This document shows, in pieces, positions 1 to 10,082 of a stretch of 64,000 nt of DNA. The first letter of the stretch is position 1. The number at the start of each line of letters is the position of its first letter. Origin of the DNA: Minisyncoccota bacterium (lineage in GTDB: Bacteria > Patescibacteriota > Minisyncoccia > Phycocordibacterales > UBA9973); contig JAQULK010000001.1 in assembly GCA_028718635.1 (NCBI GenBank), forward strand, positions 152,626-216,625. Reading direction: 5' to 3'. The translations under genes and the position numbers were made by a program. The notes below the pieces were generated by a model that saw only the letters and a list, made by a program, of their open reading frames with translations, searched no databases and was not told the DNA's origin.

Positions 1-729
1 AAAATCGGAGACACGCTTCCAGCAATTTCTGGTCGCGCCGTTAACTTAGAGGGAAATAAAAAATGGCTGACAAAAAAAGAAATAGAAATAGAAAAGGAGC
101 TTATGGATATGATAAATAATTTTCCTGGAAACCATTCAGTATATGGAGAAAATATAAATAATGTTTTTAAACCGAATGATAATATTTGGATTATCGATTC
201 AATCAGCAATACGATAAATTTCATTAATGGAATGCCTCACTATTCAATAGTTGTAAGTCATTTATTTAAAGGAGAAATTAAATTTGCGGTAGTTTATGAT
301 CCCACCAATAAGGAACTGTTTACCGCAGAAAAAGGGAAAGGCGCATTTTTAAACAATAAACGAATTTATGTTTCTAATCGCCAGAAAGACTTTTTTCCTT
401 TAATTGGCCCATACTTAACCCCACCAAAACCTTATAGGAAAAAAGCATTAAAAATAATAGAAGCAATGTCGGAAAATGGGCATACGGTAAGAATTTTAGG
501 ATCTCTCGGAGTGCATTATGCCTATATTGCTTGCGGCAGAGCTGATGTGGCTATTTCTTTTAACGAGGACACGTTTCCAGAGTTTGCCGGGAAACTTTTA
601 GTAGAAGAGGCTGGAGGAAAATTTACCGATTTTAATGGCAAAGTCTTAAATATTAAGACCCATGGAATCATTGCTAGCAATGGATTGGTCCATAACAAAA
701 CAAAAGGTCTCATTAGTAGTATAATTTAA
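1..729 (+). CDS. Inositol monophosphatase family protein (5'-partial; frame open from base 1)
   Basis: WIIDSISNTINF (degenerate WIIDPIDGT), VVYDP, AEKGKGAFLN, IACGRAD, LVEEAGG motifs. Confidence 0.8.
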   Translation, partial: KIGDTLPAISGRAVNLEGNKKWLTKKEIEIEKELMDMINNFPGNHSVYGENINNVFKPNDNIWIIDSISNTINFINGMPHYSIVVSHLFKGEIKFAVVYDPTNKELFTAEKGKGAFLNNKRIYVSNRQKDFFPLIGPYLTPPKPYRKKALKIIEAMSENGHTVRILGSLGVHYAYIACGRADVAISFNEDTFPEFAGKLLVEEAGGKFTDFNGKVLNIKTHGIIASNGLVHNKTKGLISSII

Positions 730-737
730 TAACAATT

Positions 738-1472
738 ATGAAAAACAAAATTAAAATTGCTTTAGTCGGTTTTGGGAAAATGGGAAAAGAAATTAATGCT
801 CTGTGTGAAGAGTCTGATGTTTTCGAAGTAGTTTCAATCAGTTTTAAAAATATAGATGATGCTTTGGATGTGGAGGGTATAGCTAAAGCAGATATCGCAA
901 TTGATTTTACATCAAAAGATGTAGTGATAAAAAACATAGAACAAGTCGCGAAGCTTGGAAAGAATTTAGTGATAGGCACTACTGGATGGTATGGTGACAT
1001 CGAAACAGTTAAAAAAATAGTTGATAAATATCAAATAGGTTTGATATACGGAGCAAATTTTTCAATCGGAGCTAATATTTTTTTTAAAATGGTAGCTTCC
1101 GCTTCTTCTCTTTTTGCCAAATTTCCTGAATATGATGTATATGGATTTGAAATTCATCATAAAATGAAAGCAGATAGCCCTTCTGGCACTGCTTTGAAAA
1201 TCGCTGGTAAAATTTTAGAAAATTTCCCAGCAAAAAAATCAATTCAAGTGGAAAAATTAGACAGAGAAATTGACCCGAGCGAGCTTCATTTTGCTTCAGT
1301 CCGCGGGGGCAGAAATCCCGGTTTCCATGAAGTTGTGTTTGATAGTAATGCTGACGGTATAACTCTTTCTCATCAAGCTTATGGAAGAGTTGGTTTTGCC
1401 AAAGGAGCATTGCTGGCAGCGGAGTTTATAAAGAGTAAAAAAGGATTTTATTCTTTTGAAGATATATTATAA
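738..1472 (+). CDS. dapB: 4-hydroxy-tetrahydrodipicolinate reductase
   Basis: GFGKMG Rossmann motif, IGTTG, NFSIG, EIHHKMKADSPSGTA. Confidence 0.95.
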   Translation: MKNKIKIALVGFGKMGKEINALCEESDVFEVVSISFKNIDDALDVEGIAKADIAIDFTSKDVVIKNIEQVAKLGKNLVIGTTGWYGDIETVKKIVDKYQIGLIYGANFSIGANIFFKMVASASSLFAKFPEYDVYGFEIHHKMKADSPSGTALKIAGKILENFPAKKSIQVEKLDREIDPSELHFASVRGGRNPGFHEVVFDSNADGITLSHQAYGRVGFAKGALLAAEFIKSKKGFYSFEDIL

Positions 1473-1488
1473 ATAATTTTTTAAAAAT

Positions 1489-2418
1489 ATGAAAAACGTA
1501 AAATTTTTTGGTTCTATCCCCGCAATAGTTACGCCATTTAAAAAAAATGGAGAATTGGACTTACCTGCTTTAGAAAAAATGGTTGCTTATCAATTAGCTG
1601 GCGGAGTGGATGCGATAGTAGTGTGCGGCACAACAGGAGAGGCTTCAACTTTAAATGAGGAGGAGTATAGTATTGTTGTAAAAACAGTTGTTCAAAAGGT
1701 TTCCCTTGGCCATAGCCGTACGGGCGAGGCTAAAAAAGTTCCAGTTATCGCAGGGGCAGGCTCGAATGATACTAAAAAAGCAATCAAGCTTTCTATCTTA
1801 GCGAAAAAAGCAGGGGCTGATGCCTTGCTTCACGTAACTCCTTATTACAATAAACCAACTCCGAATGGCCTTGTGCTTCATTTTAAAGAAATTGCCAAAG
1901 CTGTAAACCTACCCATTATTATTTATAATGTTCCGGGAAGAACTGGATCAAATGTTTCTCCCGCAACCATTGTAAGAATTGCGAGAGAGGTACCAGAAGT
2001 GAAAGCAGTCAAAGAAGCTTCAGGTTCCTTCGGCCAAATGATGGAAATTATTAATGAAATAGAAAAAAATGGCCCAAAAGATTTTGTAGTGTTGTCTGGA
2101 GATGACTCTTTGGCTTTGCCGTGCATTGCTCTCGGCGGGAAAGGTTGTATTTCTGTTGTTTGCAATGAAGTTCCTAAATTATTTTCTAAAATGATTCATT
2201 TGGCTATCAAAGATAATTTAAAAGAGGCAAGGAAATTGCATTATCTTTTGTTAAAATTAATGAATATTAATTTTGTCGAATCTAATCCAATTCCAGTGAA
2301 AACAGCTTTGGCTCTGATGGGAAAGATTGAAGAAAGTTTTAGGCTACCGCTTACTCTTATTGAGGACAAGAACAGGGTTTTGATAGAGAAAACTTTAAAA
2401 GAATCAAAATTAATTTAA
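1489..2418 (+). CDS. dapA: 4-hydroxy-tetrahydrodipicolinate synthase
   Basis: GTTGEAS, PYYNKP, IYNVPGRTG, KEASG, NPIPVK; short insertion SLGHSRTGEA. Confidence 0.97.
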   Translation: MKNVKFFGSIPAIVTPFKKNGELDLPALEKMVAYQLAGGVDAIVVCGTTGEASTLNEEEYSIVVKTVVQKVSLGHSRTGEAKKVPVIAGAGSNDTKKAIKLSILAKKAGADALLHVTPYYNKPTPNGLVLHFKEIAKAVNLPIIIYNVPGRTGSNVSPATIVRIAREVPEVKAVKEASGSFGQMMEIINEIEKNGPKDFVVLSGDDSLALPCIALGGKGCISVVCNEVPKLFSKMIHLAIKDNLKEARKLHYLLLKLMNINFVESNPIPVKTALALMGKIEESFRLPLTLIEDKNRVLIEKTLKESKLI

Positions 2419-2428
2419 AATAATATTT

Positions 2429-3661
2429 ATGGCCACTATAAATAAAAATTTTGATAAATTACAGAGAGGATATTTGTTCGGTGAGATTGCAAGACGCACA
2501 AAAGAATTCATTGAAAAAAACCCAGGCGTCGAAGTAATGCGTCTCGGAGTTGGCGACACTACAGAACCATTGTCCCCGACAATTATTAAAGGATTGAAAA
2601 AAGGAGTTGAGAAACTCGCCAATGTTAAAACATATACAGGGTATCAAGACGCAGAAGGCAAAGAAGGGAATCAAGAATTATTGAACGCTTTAGTGAATTT
2701 TTATAAAGAAAAAAATATTAGTTTTAGCAAACAAGAAATTTTTGTTAATGATGGGGCCAAGCCAGATTTGGCCAATATTCAATCAATTTTTGGCTCAGAC
2801 AATGTTGTAGCGATTTCAGATCCTGTATATCCAGCATATTTAGATGCCACAGTTATTTCTGGCCGGACTGGTGAATATGTTGATGGAAAATATAAAGGTC
2901 TGGTGTATATGAAATGCAATGAACAAAATGGTTTTGTTCCTTTTCCTCCAAAGCAAAAAGTGGATATAATTTATCTTTGCAATCCAAACAATCCTACGGG
3001 TTCGGTGGCTACCAAAAAGCAATTAAAAGCTTTTGTTGATTATGCGATAAAAAACAAAGCGGTAATTATTTTTGATGCTGCCTACGCGGAATATATTTCT
3101 GATAAATCCTTGCCTAAAAGTATTTATGAAATAAAAGGAGCAAAAAAATGCGCCATTGAAATTAATAGTTTTTCAAAATGGTCAGGATTTACCGGTGTTC
3201 GTCTTGGTTGGACCGTTGTGCCGATGGACTTAGTTATTGAAAATACTTCCAAGGGAAAAGTTAATAGTTTGTGGAGCAGGCGCCAAGGAACTATGTTTAA
3301 CGGAGCTTCAAATATTGCTCAAGAAGGCGCCGTGGCGGCTTTATCTTCTCAAGGCAGAAAAGAAAGTAAAAAAATGGTTGCATATTATATGAATAATGCT
3401 TCAATAATAAAAAAGAATTTATTGAAACTTGGTTTAAAAGTTTTTGGCGGTCAAAATGCTCCATACCTTTGGATAAAAAATCCGAAGAATTTAAGCTCCT
3501 GGGAATTTTTCGACAAGCTTTTGAATGAAGCGCATGTTGTTGGAACCCCTGGTGTTGGTTTTGGAATGGAAGGAGAAGGCTATTTGCGATTGAGTTCCTA
3601 TGGACACACGAAGGATATCGAAAAAGCGGTGAAAAGTATTCGAGATAATTTTAAATTATAA
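2429..3661 (+). CDS. dapL: LL-diaminopimelate aminotransferase
   Basis: LGVGDTTEPL, NDGAK, DPVYP, CNPNNPTG, SFSKWSGFTGVRLGW, NAPYLW. Confidence 0.93.
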   Translation: MATINKNFDKLQRGYLFGEIARRTKEFIEKNPGVEVMRLGVGDTTEPLSPTIIKGLKKGVEKLANVKTYTGYQDAEGKEGNQELLNALVNFYKEKNISFSKQEIFVNDGAKPDLANIQSIFGSDNVVAISDPVYPAYLDATVISGRTGEYVDGKYKGLVYMKCNEQNGFVPFPPKQKVDIIYLCNPNNPTGSVATKKQLKAFVDYAIKNKAVIIFDAAYAEYISDKSLPKSIYEIKGAKKCAIEINSFSKWSGFTGVRLGWTVVPMDLVIENTSKGKVNSLWSRRQGTMFNGASNIAQEGAVAALSSQGRKESKKMVAYYMNNASIIKKNLLKLGLKVFGGQNAPYLWIKNPKNLSSWEFFDKLLNEAHVVGTPGVGFGMEGEGYLRLSSYGHTKDIEKAVKSIRDNFKL

Positions 3662-3679
3662 TATACGTACATCATAAAT

Positions 3680-4501
3680 ATGATTGAATTTTACAAATAT
3701 CACGGCGCTGGGAATGATTTTATTATGATAGACAATATCAATAAAAATATTTCTATGCCAAAGGAGCAAATTGCTTTTTTGTGCGATCGGCACATGGGCA
3801 TAGGGGCGGATGGATTAATTTTCCTTGAGCTGTCCCCGAAGGCAGATTGTTTTATGAATTATTACAATGCGGATGGAAGCTTGGCAGAAATGTGCGGTAA
3901 TGGTATCAGGTGTACAGCCAAATTTTTCTTAGAATTAACAAAATCAAAAAAGAAAGAATTATTTATAGACACCAGGGCTGGAATAAAAAAAGTAACATGC
4001 AATAAAGACGGAAGTTTTTCTGTGAATATGGGAATTCCAGTTTTTTCTCATAAGGATTTCCCAAAAGAACCTCTTGTGTTGGAAAACATTAAATTTAATT
4101 TCGTTTCGATGGGTAATCCGCATGCTGTTGGTTTTATAAAAAATATTTCTGAAATTGATATATCTAAAATCGGCCCCAAAATAGAATCGGATTCTAATTT
4201 TCCAAATAAAATAAATGCAGAGTTCGTGGAAAAAGTTAATGATACTTATTTTAAAGTAAGAGTTTGGGAACGCGGATGTGGGGAGACTCTAGCTTGCGGC
4301 ACAGGGGCTTGTGCTGTGTTTGCCTGCGTTAGGCCTTGCCTAACGCAGGCAAAGAGTACAAAAGAAATAACATTAGAATTTCCTGGCGGGAATCTTTTTT
4401 TATCAGAGAATAAAGAAGGAGAAATTATTCTTCGCGGGGAAGCGCAATTTGTTTTTAAGGGAGAAATAAATAATATACAAGGCAAAACTTTGTATATTTA
4501 A
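3680..4501 (+). CDS. dapF: Diaminopimelate epimerase
   Basis: KYHGAGNDF, EMCGNGIRC, MGNPHAV, ERGCGETLACGTGA. Confidence 0.97.
   Translation: MIEFYKYHGAGNDFIMIDNINKNISMPKEQIAFLCDRHMGIGADGLIFLELSPKADCFMNYYNADGSLAEMCGNGIRCTAKFFLELTKSKKKELFIDTRAGIKKVTCNKDGSFSVNMGIPVFSHKDFPKEPLVLENIKFNFVSMGNPHAVGFIKNISEIDISKIGPKIESDSNFPNKINAEFVEKVNDTYFKVRVWERGCGETLACGTGACAVFACVRPCLTQAKSTKEITLEFPGGNLFLSENKEGEIILRGEAQFVFKGEINNIQGKTLYI
4319..4353. repeat. Perfect 16-bp-stem hairpin inside dapF, translated in frame (FACVRPCLTQAK)
   Basis: tttgcctgcgttaggc-ctt-gcctaacgcaggcaaa. Confidence 0.8.
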
Positions 4502-4505
4502 ATTT

Positions 4506-6206
4506 TTATTCCTCTTTTAGGTCTACTACGCTTTGCACTTCTTCAAAAGAAGTAATGCCATTTAACATTTTTACCAGACCATCTTGGCGCATTGAAAGTA
4601 TTCCTTGCGTGCTTGCCACTTTTTTGATTTCTCTTTCGCTTGGATTTTCAGGTATAATTTTTTCGATAGCCTCATCAGTTTTTATCGCTTCGAATATTCC
4701 TATCCTGCCCTTATATCCGATCATATTGCATTTGTCACAACCTACTGCTCCAAATAATTTTATTGGCGCATCGGGATTTATATTATAATTTGAAAGATTT
4801 TTACCTTCATTTTTTATACTGTCCATGACTAATTTTACGGTTTTCAATTCTTCTTCACTAGGTATTTTTTCTTTCTTGCAAAAAATACATAATTTGCGGA
4901 CCAATCGTTGAGCAATGGAAAGGGAGAGGGCGGAAACTAATATTTTAGGGTTTACTCCCAGGTCGATCAAACGGGGAATGACACCAGCTGCGTTGTTTGT
5001 GTGCAGAGTAGAGAAGACGATATGGCCAGTAAGCGATGATTGGACTGCCGTCTCAGCGGTTTCTTTATCACGAATTTCTCCAACCATCACTACATCTGGA
5101 TCTTGGCGAAGCGCTGAACGCAAGCCCTCCACGAAAGTATAACCTTTTTCATCATTGGTTTGGGTTTGGGTTACGCCTATTAAATGGTATTCTACTGGGT
5201 CTTCTATGGTTATTATTTTTATTTCTGGAGAATAAATTTTTTGAAGAAAGGCGTAAAGAGTGGTGGTTTTTCCAGAACCAGTCGGTCCTGTAACCAAGAT
5301 GAGTCCATTTGGTTTTATAATTTCCTTTTGGATTATAGAGAAAAGAAAAGGCTCTATTCCCAGCTCCTCGAGTTTTACTTGGATAGACTTCGGGTCCAAA
5401 ATACGCATTACGATTGATTCACCATAAGCGCCGGGAATAAGAGAAGTACGAATATTTATCTCATCTTTTTCTTCAATAATACTAAAACGCCCGTCTTGGG
5501 CTATTTTAGAAGTGAGTTTCATACCAGAAAGTAATTTAATACGAGAATTAAGTAGGCGATATACGTCTAATCCAAAAAAGTTTGTATCTTGTAATACTCC
5601 ATCTAGTCGAAGCCTTAGCCTGCTTCTTTCTTGTTCTGGTTCGATGTGAATATCAGAAGCTTTAATCGCGATCGCGCCAGCTAAAATTATTTCAAGTAAA
5701 TGAGAAATTTTATGAATTTTTTTTCCTTCTAATGCCTCGGCAACCATTTTTTGGATATCTTGCATTTTTTCTATTTTTTTTGATGTTTCCCTTAAAACTT
5801 CTCCAGAAATATCTATCCCACCAATTAGAGAGTTTTCTGCCATGGAAATTTCTTTATATCTATCCCAAACCTTGTTTATACTTGCAGTAGATACCATATA
5901 AAAAGTTGGTACTAGGTTTTTTCTTTCCAGATCGTCTTTTAACTTTTTTATAAGATCGTCGGAGGGGGAGTGTAGTGCTATAAAAATATTTTTCCCAAAA
6001 AGCTTAAAAGGCGCGATGTTTAATTCTCTCGAATCTTTTTCAGATATTGCGCGAAGTGCTTCGTTGTCTATTCCAATGCGGGCAAGATTAATATAAGGCA
6101 GGTTATATTTTGATTCTGCCAGTGTCGCCACCAATTGTTCTTCTTCTTGTTTATGCAATTCGTCTAATTGTTTATTTTGTTTTTCCTCATCAAAAACTGT
6201 TGCCAT
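4506..6206 (-). CDS. pilB: Type IV pilus assembly ATPase (PilB/GspE family)
   Basis: ASDIHIEP, GPTGSGKTTT, TIEDPVEY, LRQDPDVVMVGEIRD, TGHIVFSTLHTN, CxxC...GCxxC. Confidence 0.9.
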   Translation of the reverse strand: MATVFDEEKQNKQLDELHKQEEEQLVATLAESKYNLPYINLARIGIDNEALRAISEKDSRELNIAPFKLFGKNIFIALHSPSDDLIKKLKDDLERKNLVPTFYMVSTASINKVWDRYKEISMAENSLIGGIDISGEVLRETSKKIEKMQDIQKMVAEALEGKKIHKISHLLEIILAGAIAIKASDIHIEPEQERSRLRLRLDGVLQDTNFFGLDVYRLLNSRIKLLSGMKLTSKIAQDGRFSIIEEKDEINIRTSLIPGAYGESIVMRILDPKSIQVKLEELGIEPFLFSIIQKEIIKPNGLILVTGPTGSGKTTTLYAFLQKIYSPEIKIITIEDPVEYHLIGVTQTQTNDEKGYTFVEGLRSALRQDPDVVMVGEIRDKETAETAVQSSLTGHIVFSTLHTNNAAGVIPRLIDLGVNPKILVSALSLSIAQRLVRKLCIFCKKEKIPSEEELKTVKLVMDSIKNEGKNLSNYNINPDAPIKLFGAVGCDKCNMIGYKGRIGIFEAIKTDEAIEKIIPENPSEREIKKVASTQGILSMRQDGLVKMLNGITSFEEVQSVVDLKEE

Positions 6207-6275
6207 ATGTAAAGTATACTGTATTTTCTTTAGTTCCCCAAGTCATCCCTTTAGATAAATGTTATAATTTATATA

Positions 6276-8789
6276 ATGCTAAAACAGAAAACAGATAATA
6301 GTAAAACATTAGTATTACTAGATGCTCATGCGATAATCCACCGCGCTTATCATGCCTTGCCGGAATTTTTGTCTTCCAAAGGCGAGCCGACGGGGGCGCT
6401 TTATGGGCTTTCCACTATGCTGATGAAAATAATTACTGAGTTAAAGCCGGATTATATTGTGGCCTGTTATGACTTGCCCCAAAAAACTTTTAGGCACGAA
6501 GCGCATGATGGATATAAGGCAGGCCGAGCGAAAACCGAAGATGCCTTGATAATGCAATTAAAAAATTCTCGCCAGATTTTTGACGCTTTTGATATACCTA
6601 TTTATGATGCGCCTGGTTTCGAAGCGGATGATGTTTTGGGGACTATCGTGGAGAAATATAAAAAAGATAAAAATTTGAAAATCATTATTGCATCAGGAGA
6701 TATGGATACTATGCAATTGGTGGATGATAAAAAAGTGCAAGTTTACACTTTGAAAAAAGGCATCAATGATACTATTTTGTACGATGAAGATGCGGTTGTA
6801 AATCGATTTCATTTTAAACCAAAATTCCTTCCTGATTTTAAAGGATTGCGCGGCGACCCTTCAGATAATATCATCGGCATTAAAGGCGTCGGCGAAAAAA
6901 CTGCTGAAATCTTAATCTCAAAATTTGGAACCATTGAAGAAATTTATAAAAAAATTAAACAAGACGAAGAAGTTTTTAAAAAAGCAGGCATCAGTCCTAG
7001 GATGATTGAGTTGCTCAAAAATAACGAGGAAGAGGCTTTATTTTCAAAAATTCTAGCGACGATCAGAACTGACACGCCGATAGATTTTGTTTTGCCTGAA
7101 AAGACTTTTTGGGAAAAGGTGGATTTTAAAAGAATTGAACAAATTTTTTCAACTTTTGAATTTAGAAGCTTAGTAACGCGTTTAAAAAACTTTTTTGAGA
7201 ATAATGGGAATAAGAATAAACAAGAGCCCCCAGAGGATTATGCTCGCCGTCATTCGCACTCCGTCTTGGAAGGGCAAGATCCATCTGGTCGCAGCGAAGA
7301 TTCCTCTGAGCATAATCCTCTGGGGGCTGAACCCATAGATTCGCAAAAACTTCAAGAAGCCAGTATCGCCCTTTGGCTTGTCAATTCTGATATACCGAAT
7401 CCCAGCTTGGAAGATATCTTATTTTTTACCCATACGAACTCTTTTGAAAAAGCTTATGAACATATTTTCAAAAAACTGAAAGAAAATAATTTGGAGAAAG
7501 TGTATGAAGAAATAGAAAAACCCATTATCCCGATAGTGAAAAAAATGGAGGATTATGGGATTTTGATAGATAAAAAATATTTTGAAAAATTGTCTGCTGA
7601 ATACCATAAAGAATTGGATATTTTAACTAAAAAAATATATGCGCAAGCTGGTGTTGAATTTAATATAAATTCACCCAAACAATTGGGAGAAATACTTTTT
7701 GGTAAAATGGGCATAAAATCACCAGGTAAAAATGGAGCAAAAAAAAGTGCAAACGGCGGATTTTCTACTAAGGTTTCAATTTTAGAAGAACTGGAAGAAG
7801 AAAATCCGATTATAAAAGAAATATTATTTTATCGAGAATTGCAGAAATTGCTTTCTACATATATTGATGTCATTCCTAAAATGGTGGATGCTAACGGCCG
7901 TTTACACACAAAGTTTTTGCAAAATGGTACCACGACGGGAAGATTTTCTTCTCAGAATCCTAATTTGCAAAATTTACCTATCAAAACAGAACTTGGTAGA
8001 AGGATCCGAGGCGGTTTTATTGCGCCCAAAGGTTGCAAACTAGTTGCTTTTGACTATAGTCAGATCGAATTACGCATGGCTGCAATGCTTTCTGGAGATG
8101 AAAAAATGACCCAAGTTTTCCGAGATAAAAAAGATATTCATGCGGGAGTTGCTTCTTTTGTTTTTGGTGTGCCAATAGAAAAAGTAGATAGTGAAATGCG
8201 CCGAAAAGCAAAAGTGATAAATTTCGGAATTATTTATGGTATGGGGGTTTCTGCTCTGCGAAAGAATCTCGTCCGACCAAAATCGGACTCCGACACAAGG
8301 TCGGAGGTGGTAACTCGCGAGGAGGCGCAAAGATTTTATGACAATTACTTCAATCAATTTTCTGGCGTGCGGGATTATTTAGAAAAAGTAAAAAAGTTTG
8401 TGCGAGAAAACGCTTATACCGAAACTTTATTCGGCAGACGCAGGAATTTTCCAAACATAAACTCCAGAATTCCATTTTTGAAAAATATGGCGGAGCGTAC
8501 CGCGACCAATGCTCCGCTCCAGGGAACAGCCGCCGATATTATCAAATTAGCCATACGATATGCGGAAGAAGATTTGAAAAAAGCCGGCTTGTCAGAAAGC
8601 ACTCATCTGATACTTCAAATTCATGATGAACTCGTTTACGAAGTGGAAGAAAGTGTACTCTCAAAAGCTGAAAAAATAATAATGGGTGCGATGGAAGGGG
8701 TGCTTCAAAGATCATATATACATTATAAAACGGATATTCCGCTCGAAGCGCACTTTGGTTTTGGGGACAATCTCAGGGAAGTCAAATAG
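6276..8789 (+). CDS. polA: DNA polymerase I (5'-3' exonuclease + polymerase; central region short, with insertions)
   Basis: EADD, SGDMD, LRGDPSDNI, TTGRFSS, DYSQIELR, QIHDEL. Confidence 0.97.
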   Translation: MLKQKTDNSKTLVLLDAHAIIHRAYHALPEFLSSKGEPTGALYGLSTMLMKIITELKPDYIVACYDLPQKTFRHEAHDGYKAGRAKTEDALIMQLKNSRQIFDAFDIPIYDAPGFEADDVLGTIVEKYKKDKNLKIIIASGDMDTMQLVDDKKVQVYTLKKGINDTILYDEDAVVNRFHFKPKFLPDFKGLRGDPSDNIIGIKGVGEKTAEILISKFGTIEEIYKKIKQDEEVFKKAGISPRMIELLKNNEEEALFSKILATIRTDTPIDFVLPEKTFWEKVDFKRIEQIFSTFEFRSLVTRLKNFFENNGNKNKQEPPEDYARRHSHSVLEGQDPSGRSEDSSEHNPLGAEPIDSQKLQEASIALWLVNSDIPNPSLEDILFFTHTNSFEKAYEHIFKKLKENNLEKVYEEIEKPIIPIVKKMEDYGILIDKKYFEKLSAEYHKELDILTKKIYAQAGVEFNINSPKQLGEILFGKMGIKSPGKNGAKKSANGGFSTKVSILEELEEENPIIKEILFYRELQKLLSTYIDVIPKMVDANGRLHTKFLQNGTTTGRFSSQNPNLQNLPIKTELGRRIRGGFIAPKGCKLVAFDYSQIELRMAAMLSGDEKMTQVFRDKKDIHAGVASFVFGVPIEKVDSEMRRKAKVINFGIIYGMGVSALRKNLVRPKSDSDTRSEVVTREEAQRFYDNYFNQFSGVRDYLEKVKKFVRENAYTETLFGRRRNFPNINSRIPFLKNMAERTATNAPLQGTAADIIKLAIRYAEEDLKKAGLSESTHLILQIHDELVYEVEESVLSKAEKIIMGAMEGVLQRSYIHYKTDIPLEAHFGFGDNLREVK
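7225..7328. mobile_element. 104-bp palindromic element with perfect 21-bp terminal inverted repeats, in frame in polA
   Basis: agcccccagaggattatgctc ... gagcataatcctctgggggct; peptide EPPEDYARRHSHSVLEGQDPSGRSEDSSEHNPLGA. Confidence 0.85.
8271..8306. repeat. Double-hairpin in-frame insertion in polA polymerase domain (VRPKSDSDTRSE)
   Basis: gtccga-ccaaaa-tcggac and ctccgac-acaag-gtcggag. Confidence 0.7.
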
Positions 8790-8811
8790 TGTTTTGTGCT
8801 ATACTTATGGC

Positions 8812-9291
8812 ATGGAAATAGAAAATAATAACAAAAACACGCAAATACAAAAGGAGGGCGTACACAAGCTTTTGGCGCATTCGCACGCGATGCAGTTTGT
8901 TTTGTTTATATTCGGTTTTTGCCTTGATTTGATATTCGGGGTTAAATTTTTTACCGGTCCTGCTTTTTTGTGGACAGGATTGCTATTTTTAGTTCTTGGC
9001 ACCATTTTGATATTTTGGGCGCAATATACTTCGCATCATTTAAATAGAGAAAACATCACTAAAGAATCTTTTAGTAAAGGGCCGTATCGTTATATTAAAA
9101 ATCCTACCAATTGGGGAATATTTTTTATGATAGTGGGTTTTGGGGTCATCACTAATTCTTTTTTTGTTATTTTGTTTGGGATAATTTCTTCTCTGATTGC
9201 AAAGTTTGTTTTTCTAAATAAAGAGGAGAAAATTTTGACGGCAAAATACGGTGATCCATATTTGGAATATAGAAAATCCGTCAGGTTTTGA
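8812..9291 (+). CDS. Isoprenylcysteine carboxylmethyltransferase-like membrane protein
   Basis: GPYRYIKNP, EEKIL...YGDPY.EYR motifs; TM segments. Confidence 0.75.
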   Translation: MEIENNNKNTQIQKEGVHKLLAHSHAMQFVLFIFGFCLDLIFGVKFFTGPAFLWTGLLFLVLGTILIFWAQYTSHHLNRENITKESFSKGPYRYIKNPTNWGIFFMIVGFGVITNSFFVILFGIISSLIAKFVFLNKEEKILTAKYGDPYLEYRKSVRF

Positions 9292-9312
9292 TTAATTTTT
9301 TAAAAAAAATTT

Positions 9313-9984
9313 ATGCTCTATCTTTTTTCTGGAGATGACTCTAAAAATAAAATTTTAAATTATGAAAAATTCATAAAATCTTTGTCTGAAAAAAAAGGGG
9401 TACCCCCTTCTGATATTTTTTTCATAAATAGAAATGACTTTGATCCCGTCCAAATTGAAAGTTTTTATTCTGGAGCCAGTCTTTTTTCAACCTTGTCGGT
9501 GATAGTTTTTCAGAATATTTTTGAGTATGAGGAAACAAGGGATTTTGTTTTAGATAAATTAAAACAGATGGGGGAGTCGGATAATATTTTCATATTTTCA
9601 GAGGGAAAACTCAAAAAACCGATACTCGATGCTTTTAAAAAAATCGGGGAAAAAAGAGTTCAGATTAATATTTTTGAGTTGCCAAAGCAAAAGCTGGAAA
9701 AGTTTGATAATTTTTTGGTGGCAAATGCTTTTGCTAATAAAGATAAGTTAAACACCTGGATTTATTTCAGGCAGGCGATGGACGCCGGAGTGATAATGGA
9801 AGAAATAATCGGAGTTCTTTTTTGGAAAATTAAAGACATGCTTTTGAAAAATAATTTTAATAAATTTTCTCCCGAACAGCTCAAAACTTTTGCTTCTAAA
9901 ATTTCCTATCTCCTGCCCGAGGCCCGCAAAGAAGGACGCGATGCCGAGTCTGCTTTTGAGCAGTTTTTACTTGAAGCTTTCTAA
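9313..9984 (+). CDS. holA: Short DNA polymerase III delta-like protein
   Basis: MLYLFSGDD N-terminus, SLF motif, C-terminal EQFLL; divergent. Confidence 0.55.
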   Translation: MLYLFSGDDSKNKILNYEKFIKSLSEKKGVPPSDIFFINRNDFDPVQIESFYSGASLFSTLSVIVFQNIFEYEETRDFVLDKLKQMGESDNIFIFSEGKLKKPILDAFKKIGEKRVQINIFELPKQKLEKFDNFLVANAFANKDKLNTWIYFRQAMDAGVIMEEIIGVLFWKIKDMLLKNNFNKFSPEQLKTFASKISYLLPEARKEGRDAESAFEQFLLEAF

Positions 9985-9987
9985 ATG

Positions 9988-10060
9988 TGCGCCCTGTTGG
10001 GATCGAACCAACGACCTTATCCTTAAAAGGGATCTGCTCTACCAGCTGAGCTAAGGGCGC
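9988..10060 (-). tRNA. tRNA-Lys(TTT)
   Basis: Cloverleaf GCGCCCT..AGGGCGC, anticodon loop CTTTTAA, GGTTCGATCC. Confidence 0.95.
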
Positions 10061-10082
10061 ATCATATGATAGTATAAGAAAT

